Source: Antedon mediterranea (Eukaryota > Animalia > Echinodermata). Taken from it: a DNA stretch of 64,000 bases. Shown piece by piece: positions 1 through 14,300 of the stretch. Below the pieces are notes generated by a model. That model had not been told where the DNA came from and made no database searches. It saw only the letters and a list, made by a program, of their open reading frames with translations. The translations under genes and the position numbers were made by a program. The stretch's first letter is position 1, and the number at the start of each line of letters is the position of its first letter. Location of the stretch: assembly GCF_964355755.1 (NCBI RefSeq), contig NC_092680.1, forward strand, positions 19,291,045-19,355,044, written 5' to 3'.

Positions 1-2350
1 ATTATAGAGCAACTAGTGAAAGAAACATTGATGGAAATGATAGAAAGCAACGAATGGACAGAACAAAACATAACTCATGCCATCATAGACAATTTACTGT
101 TGATATATAAGGTACATACAGGGTGTAAAACTAAATTGCATTTTTTATTCTTTTAATGTACTAACTGAGTTTTAGCAAAACAAATATCTAATCTAAAGCT
201 CTTGTTGGTCAAACAGATTAAACTTCTTTTACGTTCAAGATATATTAAGCTATGTCTACACTATCAAGCTACAAACTAGTTTGACAAAAAAAGTGAGATG
301 TGCCTGAATATGGTAGTGATATGATATGATGTGATATATGTTTTTGTCACATAAAGTTTGATAGTGTAGACATTGCTTGATATATCTTGAACGTAAAAGA
401 AGTTATCTGTTTGACCAACAGCATATCGTATATTTATCTAGTTTTGTTTACAAAAATTAATTGAACAAATTTAAATTTTTCATTATGAAATTAGTGCTGG
501 ACATAAAATGATGTATATAAAAGTTGTGTGTATAAAACCGTAGGTTAAATTAGTAGCAAAATACCTTCTTACTTTGTTTTATACACATTTTTGTTTTAAA
601 TAAATGCGTTTCTAATTTTCAATTTTAAGTTACTAATCATTTGAATGTTTATAGTTTGCACAGATAGAGAACTCAGATAAATGGAAACATATCATGTGTA
701 ACCAGTCAACCTTCATTGAAATGTTTGATTTAACTGATTCAGTTGATGTATCAGTTCTGCAAATGGCTCTCTGTAATCTGAGTACTGAAGTACTATTTAG
801 GAATGCAAGTGCTTACTATGGATTTGATGTTCTGGAATCGATTCATAAGGTTAGCATCTTCTTAAAGATGTATTGTCCCCAAAAACATGAAAAATGAAGA
901 TTAATAAAATCAAACTTTGAATAGGCCATTTTACAGTTTTAATCAAGTTATTCACTTCTGTTAAAAAAAAAATAATATTTCACTTACAAAAGACAAAGAC
1001 GGTTAATTTTAACCAAAAACCATATTCTGACAGACAATTTCAGTATTTTTGCTATAATAAATTACATTTTTTCAGGTACATAATTGTTTTGTCCGATCCA
1101 GTTTTTGTTCAAAGTTAATAACTATCTATTACTATCACAGTATAATCAGCCAAGCCCAACTTTTCAACCTAATAGTATTTATACAATATATGAGACTTAC
1201 CAAGTAATTTGAGTTGTGTGACCAGGCGGTTAAAGCAGATATACTGCAACCCACCTACAGTTATGAAATGGCCACTGGTTCTAGGCACTATAGTTCTTGA
1301 TTGAACAAGTCTTTCTGATGTCTTCAAAACGGAAGTCCTTGTATGCACTTTTAAAAACTCCAGTCACCTTTCATGACAGAGGTTTGCCTCGCTGCGCTAG
1401 TTCAAATTCAGCTATGCCAATGTTAAAGCAATTATGGGTGCCTGCTCTTTCTATCAGTATTCACTTGCACCCAATCCCATAGCTTTGTATAATCTACCAA
1501 CAGGTTATCAGACCAAGTGTTGTTTTTTTTTTCAGATTGATGGTTTTCTGTCGGTTCTATTTAATGAGTCAGCAATCGATTTTGATGCAATTCAAGAACT
1601 ACTGGCTATTGTTGAACTGATAAAACCAATTGTTTCTGACGGAAATTTAGCAGATCTTGAAGAAACTTTACATGAGATAATTGCATTATTAAATACTCCA
1701 GTTAATGAATTGTAAGTATATCCGTATTCACACAAATTTTATTTGTTTACAAATTTTTTATTTTTTTTAAATACTTAATGTAGATTTGTGTCATTTGATT
1801 GGAGGATTGTGTGTCATACAAGATACAAGATAACTTTATTGTCAAATAGTTCAACGAAAGATTTTAAATTGTTTTTTCTCATGGCAACTTAATATATAAA
1901 ATAGAATAAAATCAGTAAAATGTTAAAACACAAAGTAAAATGCACAGTACAGTAAAATATGTACAGATTAAAATGCATATGGTATTCAATAACTACTAAC
2001 TTTTTCATGATATTTGTTTATAGAAATGTAACCAGGCTTCATGATCTACTAAGTTCCTTGTCCAATAGTAACGTGTCAGAACTTATCAACGGATATATAC
2101 ATACAGCCATGGAACTACAAGAAATGTATTCATCTGGTAATATTAGGTATGATATGTATAAAAGCAATACCATATGTTTTAATTGTTATTTATATACTAT
2201 TAATAATAATGTAATGTAATGTAATGTAATGTTATCTTGGATATGGTTTTATCTTAACTGTTTGTATTGTATGGAGTGAGTGCAGAATCTGTTTGGGCTT
2301 TAGCCTATTTCTCATTCCTGGTTATTTTTTTACATTGATGACTGAATAAA

Positions 2351-2381
<31 letters not shown>

Positions 2382-5300
2382 AAATGCTGTAATTTAATGA
2401 GGTTGTCAATTTTATATTTAATCCTTAAAATTCATTATGTCTAATTGGTTTGGAAATTGTTGTTATAACCAAATATTGGATATGTATTACTTGTCTCTGT
2501 CATAAAAAAAAATGGCTATCATATATAATGTTTAAAGTACACAGTAACAGTTATTCTATTACTTTATTTGTTGTCTTATTTAGCTTTTCATATGTTTTTT
2601 CTTTTTATTTCTTCTTTTTGTTAGTCTAACAAACATCGTAGATGATGTTGAACAATATTTTGAAGACGCTGGTCTACAAGAACAGGTACAACCATACATA
2701 GAGATTTATAACCTGATTCTGGAATCGATTATAAAACAGACAGAAGACAGGGGTAGGTTTTATTGTTTCATGTTATTTCTATAAACCTAGTACTGAGAAT
2801 TGGATGTGAGTGTTTCGTGAAAATTGAATTTCAGTGTTTTGTTATAGAGTGTGTAATATGTCAAGAAATATCCATTCATATAGGCCAACATAAATACCAA
2901 TGAGACTATTTCTGGTTAATTAAAATGTCATGTATATTCTTTGTATGTAGGAAAGACTTTAATTGGATTGTTTAACACCAGTGTACCTATTGAAACTTTA
3001 AATGAACAGATGAATGTCCCCATTGAGGAACTCAAAACTTCTATTCTTTCTCAGTTCATCTCAGTGTACCAGGTATGTCCAATCTCTCCTTTTCTTGTTT
3101 TCCTTTAGATTAACTCACACTAAAGCTCTGCTCACACTATCAAAGTAGCCCAAATGTGGCAGTGATATGACCAAATATGGTAGTGATATGACATAAAGTT
3201 TGATAGTGTAGACACAGAGCTTTAAACTCAAATGTACCGATTCTGGTTCAGTGCTAACTACAGTACTGTCTATAAGTTAAAATAGTTTGAAATAAAACAC
3301 AATGTATTAAAATTAAAGACACAAATCAAAAGAAAATAAAATTTATAATAAAGTTATATTTCTTTTAATTGTGTACACTAGGGGGTACACTAAAATGAAA
3401 ATTCTTATCTTATTGGTAAATACGCAACATATGACTAACTCTCTACATAACATATGATTAGATTCATTATATGAAAAAAACTATTGCCTTATGGATGTTA
3501 CTCCAGTTTGTGAAATAATTAAATAGACCTTACTGTATGTAATAATGCCATTATCGTTAAGCTTATTTTTGTTACCCTCGAAATCTTAATAGCTGTATTG
3601 TTATAATAATCATAAAACTCTTGTTTCAGCTTGCAAGCATCTATAACCATGGGGCATGGGATGACGTATTCTGCAACGCCACAACATTTGACGAGACATT
3701 TAATATTCTTGACGTATTTGATTCAACTGCTATTCAACAGATAATGTGCAGAATGAACACAACGGCTTTCTTCATCCATGCCAGTAATGCACATAACATA
3801 GATATTCTCCAATTTACAGCACAGGTACTAATTCATATTCATTGAAGACAAGTACTTGCAATAATATGTCCTTATCTTTGGGTGAGTGAGTGGCCAGGCG
3901 GTTAAGATAGTGGAACCGTAATTTACGTAGCCATAACATCGCCAAGGGTTTGAGGCTTACTTACCCCATGGTTCTGGTGGTTGAATGAGTCTTCTCGGAT
4001 AAGGTCTATAAACCATAGGTCCAGTGTACACATCTAGCTCATGTGCACTTTAAAGAACCAGTACATCTTTCGAGACGAGTAAGGGATTACTCCGGTGAAC
4101 TAGTATATCGCAGCCACTGATCATAACTGGGCCCTCTGGGAGACCAGTCTTTGACGGAAGAGGTCGTCCAGTATAAATACAATATTTCAACTGGTACCAA
4201 AAGTTTTCAGTGAAGTTTTTGACTGAAAGCTACAACCAGCTTCTAATTTTTTTGGAAATACATAGTGTTCCACCAATCTCACTTTACTTGTGTTATTCGC
4301 CATGCAAACCTTTAAATAATATTAGCTTAGTTACTTATTTGAATACCAACTAAACTTACACTAATATCAAATCATGATTATAATATGAGGTGCTGTATGA
4401 TATCAATTATGGAATAAACACTTTCACTATCTTTCTCAGATTGATAGAATTATATATCAGACATCTCCAATGACTCTACTAGAAGATACGGAGTGGTCAG
4501 AAGTGGTTGAAAGAACACAAGAAGCTGTGGAACTCCTCTCGTGGCTCAGCATGTTATACGGCTCTCCAGATATGGGTGACTATTATGAGATAATGGCACG
4601 TCTAGAGGCACTACAGCAACAGCAGACTGCTCAACATATTGAAGAGTGAGTAGTTCTTTTAAAGATAATTTACCTCTAGAGGAATTTCAACAAGAAAATG
4701 GAACAGATAATGATTTATAAAATAGCCCTTGTTGTATAGAGAGTTAATGCTGTGTGTGTGCTGTGTGGCTGAGCGGTTAAGACAGTGGAACCATAATAAT
4801 AATAATAAACAGTATTTATATAGCGCCTAATGGATCACTGACCCCTCTAGGTGCTTTACATTAGACCTTAACTAATGGTAATAAACTATCCCCCGCCGGA
4901 CACCATTCCGGTATTTCTTAGTCGAGGTTTATAATTACGTAGCCATAACATTTGCAAGGGTTCAAGGCTCACTCTCTACATGGTTCTAGTGGTAACAAGT
5001 CTTCTCGGATAAGGACTATAAACCATAGGTCCAGTATACACATCTAGCTCTTGTATACTTTAAAGAACCTAGTACATCTTTTTCGAGATGAGTATGGGTT
5101 ACCCCGGTATACTAGTCCAAACACAATCACTGATCACAACTGGACACTGACTGAAAAGGTTACGCGGTATAAACAAATTCCAGTTTACTACATAAAGTTA
5201 TATATTTAGTAGTAAATAAATATATGGAAACTCTAAATCACATAAGGGGAGTAAACATATCTGATATAAATAATATAATCTGTGACTCACTCTGAGACCC

Positions 5301-8300
5301 GAAGTTAGGTCCTTATACAATACAACTCCTCCTTTGGGACACCCCTATTAAGGATGTAAAATGCAAAAGGACTATATGTTACAACACATAATATCCAACC
5401 CTAGTTCGGAGGATTCTAGGAGATATTTTGGCGGGGTCTTGAAGGTGTCTCTTCTATAAGAATGCTACTGTACATATGCTACTACCATTAGACAAATTGT
5501 TCTTTCATTCTTTCCACACAACAGTTTAATGCAAATCATTGAAGACTTTCTTCCATACCTGAATGACTTCCCATGGATGATGGATATGATGAATTCTAGT
5601 GGAAATGTAATGGATATGATAGGCCTACCAAACTTCCAGAATATCAGGTAAAGTTTGATACCTTAAGAATATCTCATGACACTTTTATTTCTTTTGTAAT
5701 CATTGTGTGTACCGTTGCTTTTTTTTTTAGATGTCAACCAACATTTCTTTGTATTTTTACGACGACAATAAATTTTTTTTTAATCCCAGCCTCCCCAGAT
5801 CTCCCCCCCCCCCCCACCACCCAAATGTTGCAATTTGTAATGCAAAAGATAAGACATCAAATTAAGCTCACCGTTTTTAGGCCCTATATCCCCCCCCCTC
5901 CCCCCTGCCATTTTAAAATCCAGGATATGCCACTGTATCTTGTAATTCAATAATCTAAGGAAATATTGTTTAAATCTTTGAATTTTTACTGAATTGAGAT
6001 GTGTTACCAATAGTTAATGCTAACCCAATAACTTGCTTTTGTTAAGTTCATCTATGATTTGTGATATGGTTGAGATGTTACCAATGAATAATACATTGTA
6101 CGAGATGATTCATGGAATGATTGTTCAGATGGATGTTGTTATGGTCGTGGCAAGGCACAGCATTTTACAGCTGCCTGGTATGTATTTCAACCCTAAAATT
6201 GATTGGCTAAAATAGTTATTTATAACTACAAAATCCTTATTATCTTGTGATGTCTCTATATATCAATTTAGTCAGTTATACTGTATACTGTACCCAACAA
6301 GCAATCATTGGATAGTTTATTGATAACATGATTATTCTTGATTATTAACGTACATCTTAAATGTTTGTGATCAACAGAAAAGATGGAGGAAATGGAAGCC
6401 CTATTGGCCAATACAGATGCAACCTTAGAACTTGGAACAGTATTGATTGATACCTGGCCTGGTCTAATGAACTCTCTTCCAGTTGTATTGATGGATACTG
6501 ATCAGTTTAATCTAGTAAGTTATATTTCAAAATGACAAATCCTTAGGCCTACAAAAATGCTTATGTAGCCCGTCTAGGCCTAGACCTTTCAGTTATCTTT
6601 ATAGATTATATTTATTTTAATTTGATTTTTATTGTTACATGTTGTATGTGCACATAAAAATGATTTGCAAAATTATTTAACACCTGATCACATCTAGTCT
6701 ATTACAACCAATATTAGCATGTACTGCTGGGACTCAGTTATGATGCTTCTTTGCTGATAGGCCTATAATTTATTTATCTAAAGATAACAAATTTTTATAC
6801 TGTTTTTTTTTACAGATGTCGTACATCTACAGCAATTATGATCAATTTGAAAGTGTTCTTTGTGAAGAAGGACTTCTCAAATTTGTTTTTGGAATCGACG
6901 AATCAGTTGATCTTGGATATTTAGTAACCACAATGTGTAGTTTACATAAGATCAGAGAAACTGAATTTGTTCAAGAGATGTATAAAATGATTGATGCAAC
7001 TACTTTAATAAAGGATGTGAGTAGATCAAAGTTATATCATAGATTAGAATTCTACATGTATATAATGACATGTCAATGAAACATAAATATTTTGTGTGAC
7101 CTCATGCACCATGATTTGTGTATTATGGTGGTTATTGGTGAGAAAGACCCCAACACTGAAAACCTCATTGTACTATGCTGTTTCCTGTTTGTGAGTGAGT
7201 GAGTGGCCGAGCGGTTAAGACAGTGGAACCGTAATTACGTAGCCATAACATCGGCTCCATGGTTCTGGTGGTAGAACGAGTCTTCTCGGGTAAGGACTAT
7301 AAACCGTAGGTCCAGTGTACACAACTAGCTTGTGTGCACTTTAAAGAAGTACATTTTTCGAGACGAGTAGGGGGTTACCCCAGTGTATTAGTACATCACA
7401 GCCACTGATCACCAACTGGGCCCTCTGGGAGACCAGTCTTTGACTGAAGAGGTTACCCAGTATAAATATATATTTCATTTCAATTTCATCCTAAACCTAA
7501 TTATAGGGAGTAATAATGTGCAGCGCATTGAGAGCTTGCTTACAGTACAGTATATGCGCTATATAAGAATGAAATATTATTATTATAGGTTAAAGAAAAA
7601 TAAACCAAAACTTTTCTTGAAATGAAATCATTCATTGGTCTGATAAGAAATCATCACACAAACTTATCTTTTGTGTTTAAATTTAAGAATTTTCTTTTAT
7701 TACACGTAAATGTGACAAAATGTTGGAATTTTACTAACAACACTTTTTATTTTGTTTGCATTTTTATGATTATATACTTTGTACTATTGAACAACCCATT
7801 ATAACTAATAATCGCTCACCTAACACACCTAAAATGCCCTGAGGTGTGCTATTTAAATTTGGTACATGCTACAATACAAACAGCACACCATATACCCTTG
7901 TATGTGTTCAGAAGCGCAAAGTTTAACACACCTACAATTTTCAAAAATGAGACATATAGAATCATTTTTATTCCAAAATAGATTGAAGAGGTGTCAACAC
8001 GGCCATTTAACTGTTCTGTGTTCTCCAGTGATATAGAAAGATTCCTCTATGACGCCATCACGGTATCTGGCAATCTTACCAGCCTGTTAACAGATGGAGA
8101 ATGGATTCTAGAAGAGTACTTAGGAGATATATTTGAATTCATGGCTTATTTAAGTCAACTGAGTAATGATGAAGTAGATGGGTATGCTTTGTTGTTGAAT
8201 TGATATGTACCGTATCTCACATTTATATCCCATATATTTCTGGTTTTCATATTTAAAAGATATGCTCAAACAATGTACAGCATAAGCTGTACTGGGATTT

Positions 8301-11300
8301 TAGTATAATTTGAATCATTTTTATTCAAAATATAACTGAAATCCTTCTTCTATAATAACACAAATTGGAATTTATAAATATATTATGATTTGTTTAATAC
8401 AGGAGTACCATGTAAAGTGTATGTATTTCCATTTTGTCCTTGATAAAATTGTATTCATTGAAAACTTGTAAAGCCCTGTCTACACCATCAAACTTTATGT
8501 GATAAAAATGTGATGTGCCCATATGGACATGATGTCATATCACTACCATTATTTGGGCATACAGGTATCACTACCATATTAGGATACAATTTTTGTAGTT
8601 TGATAGTGTGGACAGCTTCAAATCTATATCAAAATAGAATCAACAATTGTTATTGTGTTTTTTTAGATTGACGTCAATAATTTCTCTCATTGAGCAGTTT
8701 TCAGGTAGTAGTACTGATCTTCTTAAAATCATCATCGAATTGTTTGAAGATTATGAAATGCCACAGGACAATTCAAGTGAGTGTTCTACCAAAACCATAC
8801 CTGTATTAGTGCTTTGACTAATTATAAGTATATTAATAATGAGATTGGTCTTACTCTTATGATATAATGTCTGTCTTGTGGTTTTCTAGGGTTTGTAGTG
8901 AAGCAGTGCCATGCATATTTAGTTTTATATTCAATTATCAAAAACTTTAAATTATACTGTAATGTCAAATATGTTTTAATGTTCTGTTATTAACTATTCT
9001 ACAGCTGAAATACTAGTAAAACTTGCTGACATTTTGAAGAATTCCACCGAGTTTGCAGAATGGCTTAATGAAACATTGAACGTATCGCCAGAGTTTATTG
9101 AGCAGATCTTGGAAGTGTTCGTAGATGCTGATGTGGTAAGAAATTGAAGTTATTTACACTTTAGTAACATATTTTATTAATTATCCTGTGTAGAAAATTC
9201 CATATCCTTATTTGGAATACGTTTTATTTACCTTAGAACCACAAAATGCCCTCTTAATTGTGTTTCTTAGTTAGGAGTTGGTTATAGTATATAACAATTA
9301 TATTATATTGTCACTCGTTTTATTCACTGTAAGGCTCTGTCTACACTACCAAACTAATTTGACAAAAAAGTGTGATGTGCCCAAATATGGTGGTGATATG
9401 CCCAAATATGGTAGTGCTATGACATCACCATATATGGGCACATGTGCCACATAAAGTTTGATAGTGTAGACAAGTTAGTTCTATTGTATTTTAAAACGTG
9501 TTTCTTGATAAAAATCATTCTTTTTCAGTTGTCTGATTTGGACGAGTATGATGGCGACATATATGATCTTCTGTGCAACGAATCAATGTTTGGAGACATT
9601 TTCACGTTTACCGATTCGTCTTCCGATCTCATGTACAGTGAATTATGTTCTGAAGAAAACCATGAAATAATCGAGCAAATTTACAAATCTATTGACATTT
9701 TGAAATTGATTCGAGAGGTACCCATTATAATAATTATTTTAACAGCTCTATCACTGAGAACTATCAAAGGACTACATACTGTACAGTACGTGGTGGACCA
9801 CAAACTGTATACATATCATTGATTTACGCCATACAAACCTTAAAACAATATTATATAGATAATATTTAGTACATTCTTAAATAGTTATAGTATAGTAAAT
9901 TTATAGTATTATAAATGGCACACACTATTTTATATTATTCTTTTAGATGAAGAACGAGACAGAGCATTCGTCCCTGCTAGAAGACTTGGCAAACTTGTTT
10001 CGTCTTTCTTTGAACATAAGTGACGAAAATCTTGAAGAACTATTTAAAATCCCAACAGAAGTACAGAATGGTATCTCCAGTGTATATGAATTGGTTGAGA
10101 TAATTTCCACCGGAAGTGAATTCTCGGACATATTTAAAAGGTAATTTATAACTTGAGTGCATGTTTCAAATGTGGTTTAAGATCCTCAAGTGTGTTGATG
10201 CGACAATAGCAAAAGTTTGTACAAACAAACATACAAACACAGCCCAAAGAGAAATTAGGAATCTGACACCATTTTGGCCTCCATACCAGTACAACTCCCT
10301 ATGGCGTGTGGCGTAGTGTGTTGGACACATTGAATTACTGATCGTGAGTTTGATTCCAACTCTCTATCCTTAGGCAAGATACTTTACTGATGTGTGCCTC
10401 TCGCGACCCAGATGTATAAATGGGTACCTGGTTAGATCAAGACATACATTTGTGCTGATTACTAGCTGCATTATGGGAATATGTTTCCATACATGTTTGA
10501 TCAACAAACAATTACCCTGGTAATATGTGAAGTGCTTATAAGAACGAATATAATTATTTTGATACTCCATGTGTATGGATGTGCAGTGATGTATGTGACT
10601 TATCTCAAAGTCCCTATTTTTGATAAAGAAATAGAGAACATATTATTAAACTGTTTTAACATTTCTATATATTGAAGAGAGAGTTTTATTTTTGTTTCTT
10701 CTACATTCACAGTGTTGATAAAGTCCTTGATGACCTTTCACCTATCTTTGGCGAAAATGAGTTGTATCAACAGGTTGCAGCATTTATAGATGCACTGGAA
10801 AACCTTGGATTTATTCGCAATCTGCTTGGGGAATTGCCTAGTAAGTTACCATAATTATTACACAGATAAGGTTGTTATATTATGAGCCAAATAAGAAAGT
10901 ACAAATACTTTGTAGTTGTTTATTGAAGCAATTTATTTATTGCAATTGAATTTGAAAATTTTATCTTATTCCGTAATCATTTTGAAAACTCAGAATATTT
11001 GAATTTTTTAACTGAAATATTTGTCATGGATTTCTGCATCTGATAAATTAAATTCAGCCTTAGCAATGAGGTGTCAACAATACACAATAAAAATGCTGTA
11101 CAACACAGATAAGATAAAAAAAAACTAGAGAAACAATCTACATTTATACTCATCAATTAGGTTATACATACAAACGCCAAGTGCGAATAACCAAGAAAAT
11201 GATTTCTTGCAATTGTAGTATAATAGTTATTCTTATTTCTACTAGCCTTCAAATTTGGCAACATGTTCCATGATGTTGATAAGGTGGAAGAGTACTTGAT

Positions 11301-14300
11301 TAATGAACTAGGCTTGTCAGAACAATCGGCTGAAGATCTCCTTCAATCATTTGTTATTCTTGAAAACGTAAGTAATAAATAAGCATAAAAATTAACATAT
11401 TTTTTCCAGCATACAATGTGATTCAATGTTGACTGTGATTATATAACCAGCGTAGATAGTCGCAAATCAATCATAAACGTATACAATAACCTTTATTTGC
11501 TTCTCCATATACATGTTGGGCTCCACCGAGGCAGATTGCCCACAGCAAATCGTACATAATAGTTAATACACCTTTGAACACAAAAATAAAACGAAGCCTT
11601 GCATAACGTAAACCATGAACCTATCATTGTGCTTACTACAGTGTCTGTATATTGCTCTACATATTTGATTGTTACATACATGATATACAATACATTCAGT
11701 ACATTCATTTACATATAGTTCATAGTCTATATATAAATTTACGTAAGGGCAAAATTCGGTAAATCGCGCCTTACTTTTAGAATTTTTACTCGATGGTATA
11801 TAAAGTTGGTTCGTACTTTCGGTACTGATTTTAACCACCTGATGTAACCCTGTTTACTAATTAAATTAAGTTAGATAATTAGTTATTGACGATTAAAACG
11901 AATTTAGGTTCAACGATTTGCCCCAAATAGGGGTGTTTTCCGATCGTGGTATACACTGTCTAATGGATGTCCATCTTGAAAAATACCCGCCACAAAAATG
12001 CGAGGAGGCTTCGCATTTTCCTATCTCCTCCTACGATAATTGTTTTTAATAGCTGAAAACCGGTTGAACAGCTCGAGTACAGTATCATAATGTTGAAGAC
12101 AGGCCGATTTTCTTAAAAAAATACTATTTTGATAGATTTAATATACGTTTATGCAAATGTATTGATTTGAAATGAATGGAACATTCCAATCTCTCAGTCT
12201 GCCTTGGTCACAAGTAGGTAAATTTATGAGCCCTTGGAGAATAAACTTGCAATACTTTGACAATACAGTACTGCAAATACCTATTAACCATTTTTGGTCG
12301 TCATTTGAATCGAACATTTCTTACTGTGAATACTGTTATAAGATGTAAAAAAATATATACAAACATTTCTTACTGTGAATACTGTTAGATGTAAAAAAAA
12401 TATATACAAATAAACTTTATTACTGTGATTATGGGTAGGCTCTACTGTTAGATATATAAACACGTAATATACAAATAAACTTTATACTGACAGTTGCTTC
12501 TCAACGTTTGCATTAATTAATAATTACAAAAAATATAAACGTCGTAGTGGTGTATCGTTACATGTACTTTACTATTTCAATCGACTATGACAGTGACAGT
12601 TTTAACAAAGTATTAAATCGCAAATGTTTTACTATATTTAGTCACCGTTAGTGGTATATTATTTATAGGCCTATAAAAAATGAAAACAATATTTCGTTAG
12701 AGACGTGGATAAAGAATATATTTAAAAATTGTTCCTCTTTGTACCTATCCTCTTTCCCATCCCTCAACCCTAATTGGGTTTCTTTAAATGAATAAACAAT
12801 TTGGACTCATTTTGTGGTAAGTTTCTCTTTCGGAAGTAATTCCCAGGGTGCTAATTTTGGTTGACTACATAAATCATTGTGTCTACTTATTCGTTTCTGT
12901 AAACGACAATCCTGCGGTACGTGCATTTAAAATCGCCAGATTTTTTACCCTGAAATTACTGTGTATTCGAGAACCATCTGTGGGCACGACCTAGATGGTA
13001 CGCGAGCGAAGCGAGCGTACCATCTAGTTATTCAGCAATGGAAGCAATTGAATAGAGACAATGTAGACTGTATCGATAAAGGGAATATTGAATACTCCCA
13101 ATAAGCAGTTGCTCCAAAAAGCGCAATCAGCATGTTCAGAGAGATGTCATCAGAATGGTCACAAGTACTCAGATATGAGTATAACAACAAAGAGAGAGAC
13201 TGTATCGATAAGAAGATCTTTAGGATAAGATAATAAATTTGAACAATCTGTCTATTGTTAAGCTCTGTCTACAGTATCAAATTTTATGTGATGTGCCCAT
13301 ATATGGACATGATGATGTCATAGCACTACCATATTTAGGCATATCACTACCATATTTGAACACATTTTTGATAGTGTAGACATGCTTTAAAAGCACTGTA
13401 TAAATATAACACTAACATTACTTTTTCACCTTTAAAAAAAGTGTTTTTTCTTATCATTAGATTCTTGATCTTGAATACATTGACTCATTGTCCAGTGCCT
13501 TCTGTGATGAAGACCAGATTGATATGCTGCTGACATTCCCACCAAATACAAGTATGTCAGACATCTCAGAAATCTCAGAGACGCTGTGTGGTTTGGATCC
13601 TGAAGTATTCCTTGAATTCGGAGAATTCCTGTATAAAGAATTAGATGTTGCTGAGATTGTAATAGACGTGAGTTACTTAATATGATAATGATGATTAAGT
13701 CAGCAATGGTGAAGTGGGAATAAAAGGGAAATCTTTATTATAATGTTGGCTAAATAGGAAAATCGGATAAACAGCTTATTTTACAGTATACAGTCGTGGA
13801 CAGACAAATAGTGCTGTCTTTGGTTGCATGGACATGACGTGACTCTTTGTGGAGAAGGATGAAGTTGAACATCCAAGTCCGCAGGGCATTGAAACAACAG
13901 TGTTTGTAGAATGCGCTATATATTAATTAACCCTTAACCCCTCCTTATCAGGTGTCATAGTGTGTTATGATATACTAACCCAATTTTTTTTATTATAGAT
14001 TGTTACATTCTCTATCAACGACCAAATTGCAAATGCGACAGAAAGCGTTCAAAAAGTTAACGAACTTGTAAACCAGCTCCAAGATGCCCTTCCAGCTCTC
14101 TCTTCAACAATGAATATCAGTATGTTAATACCTGATGACATTTTAGAAGACCTGATGGGAACAGTTTCTGCACAAATGGCTAATGAAGTGTTGCAAGTGT
14201 TTGTTTGTGGTGCAACTGTCGAAGACGTAGAAAATTCACCGAGTAGACGAAGGCGCGAGGCACAACATGAAACGCACATGAAACGCCGTGATGCAGGGAG

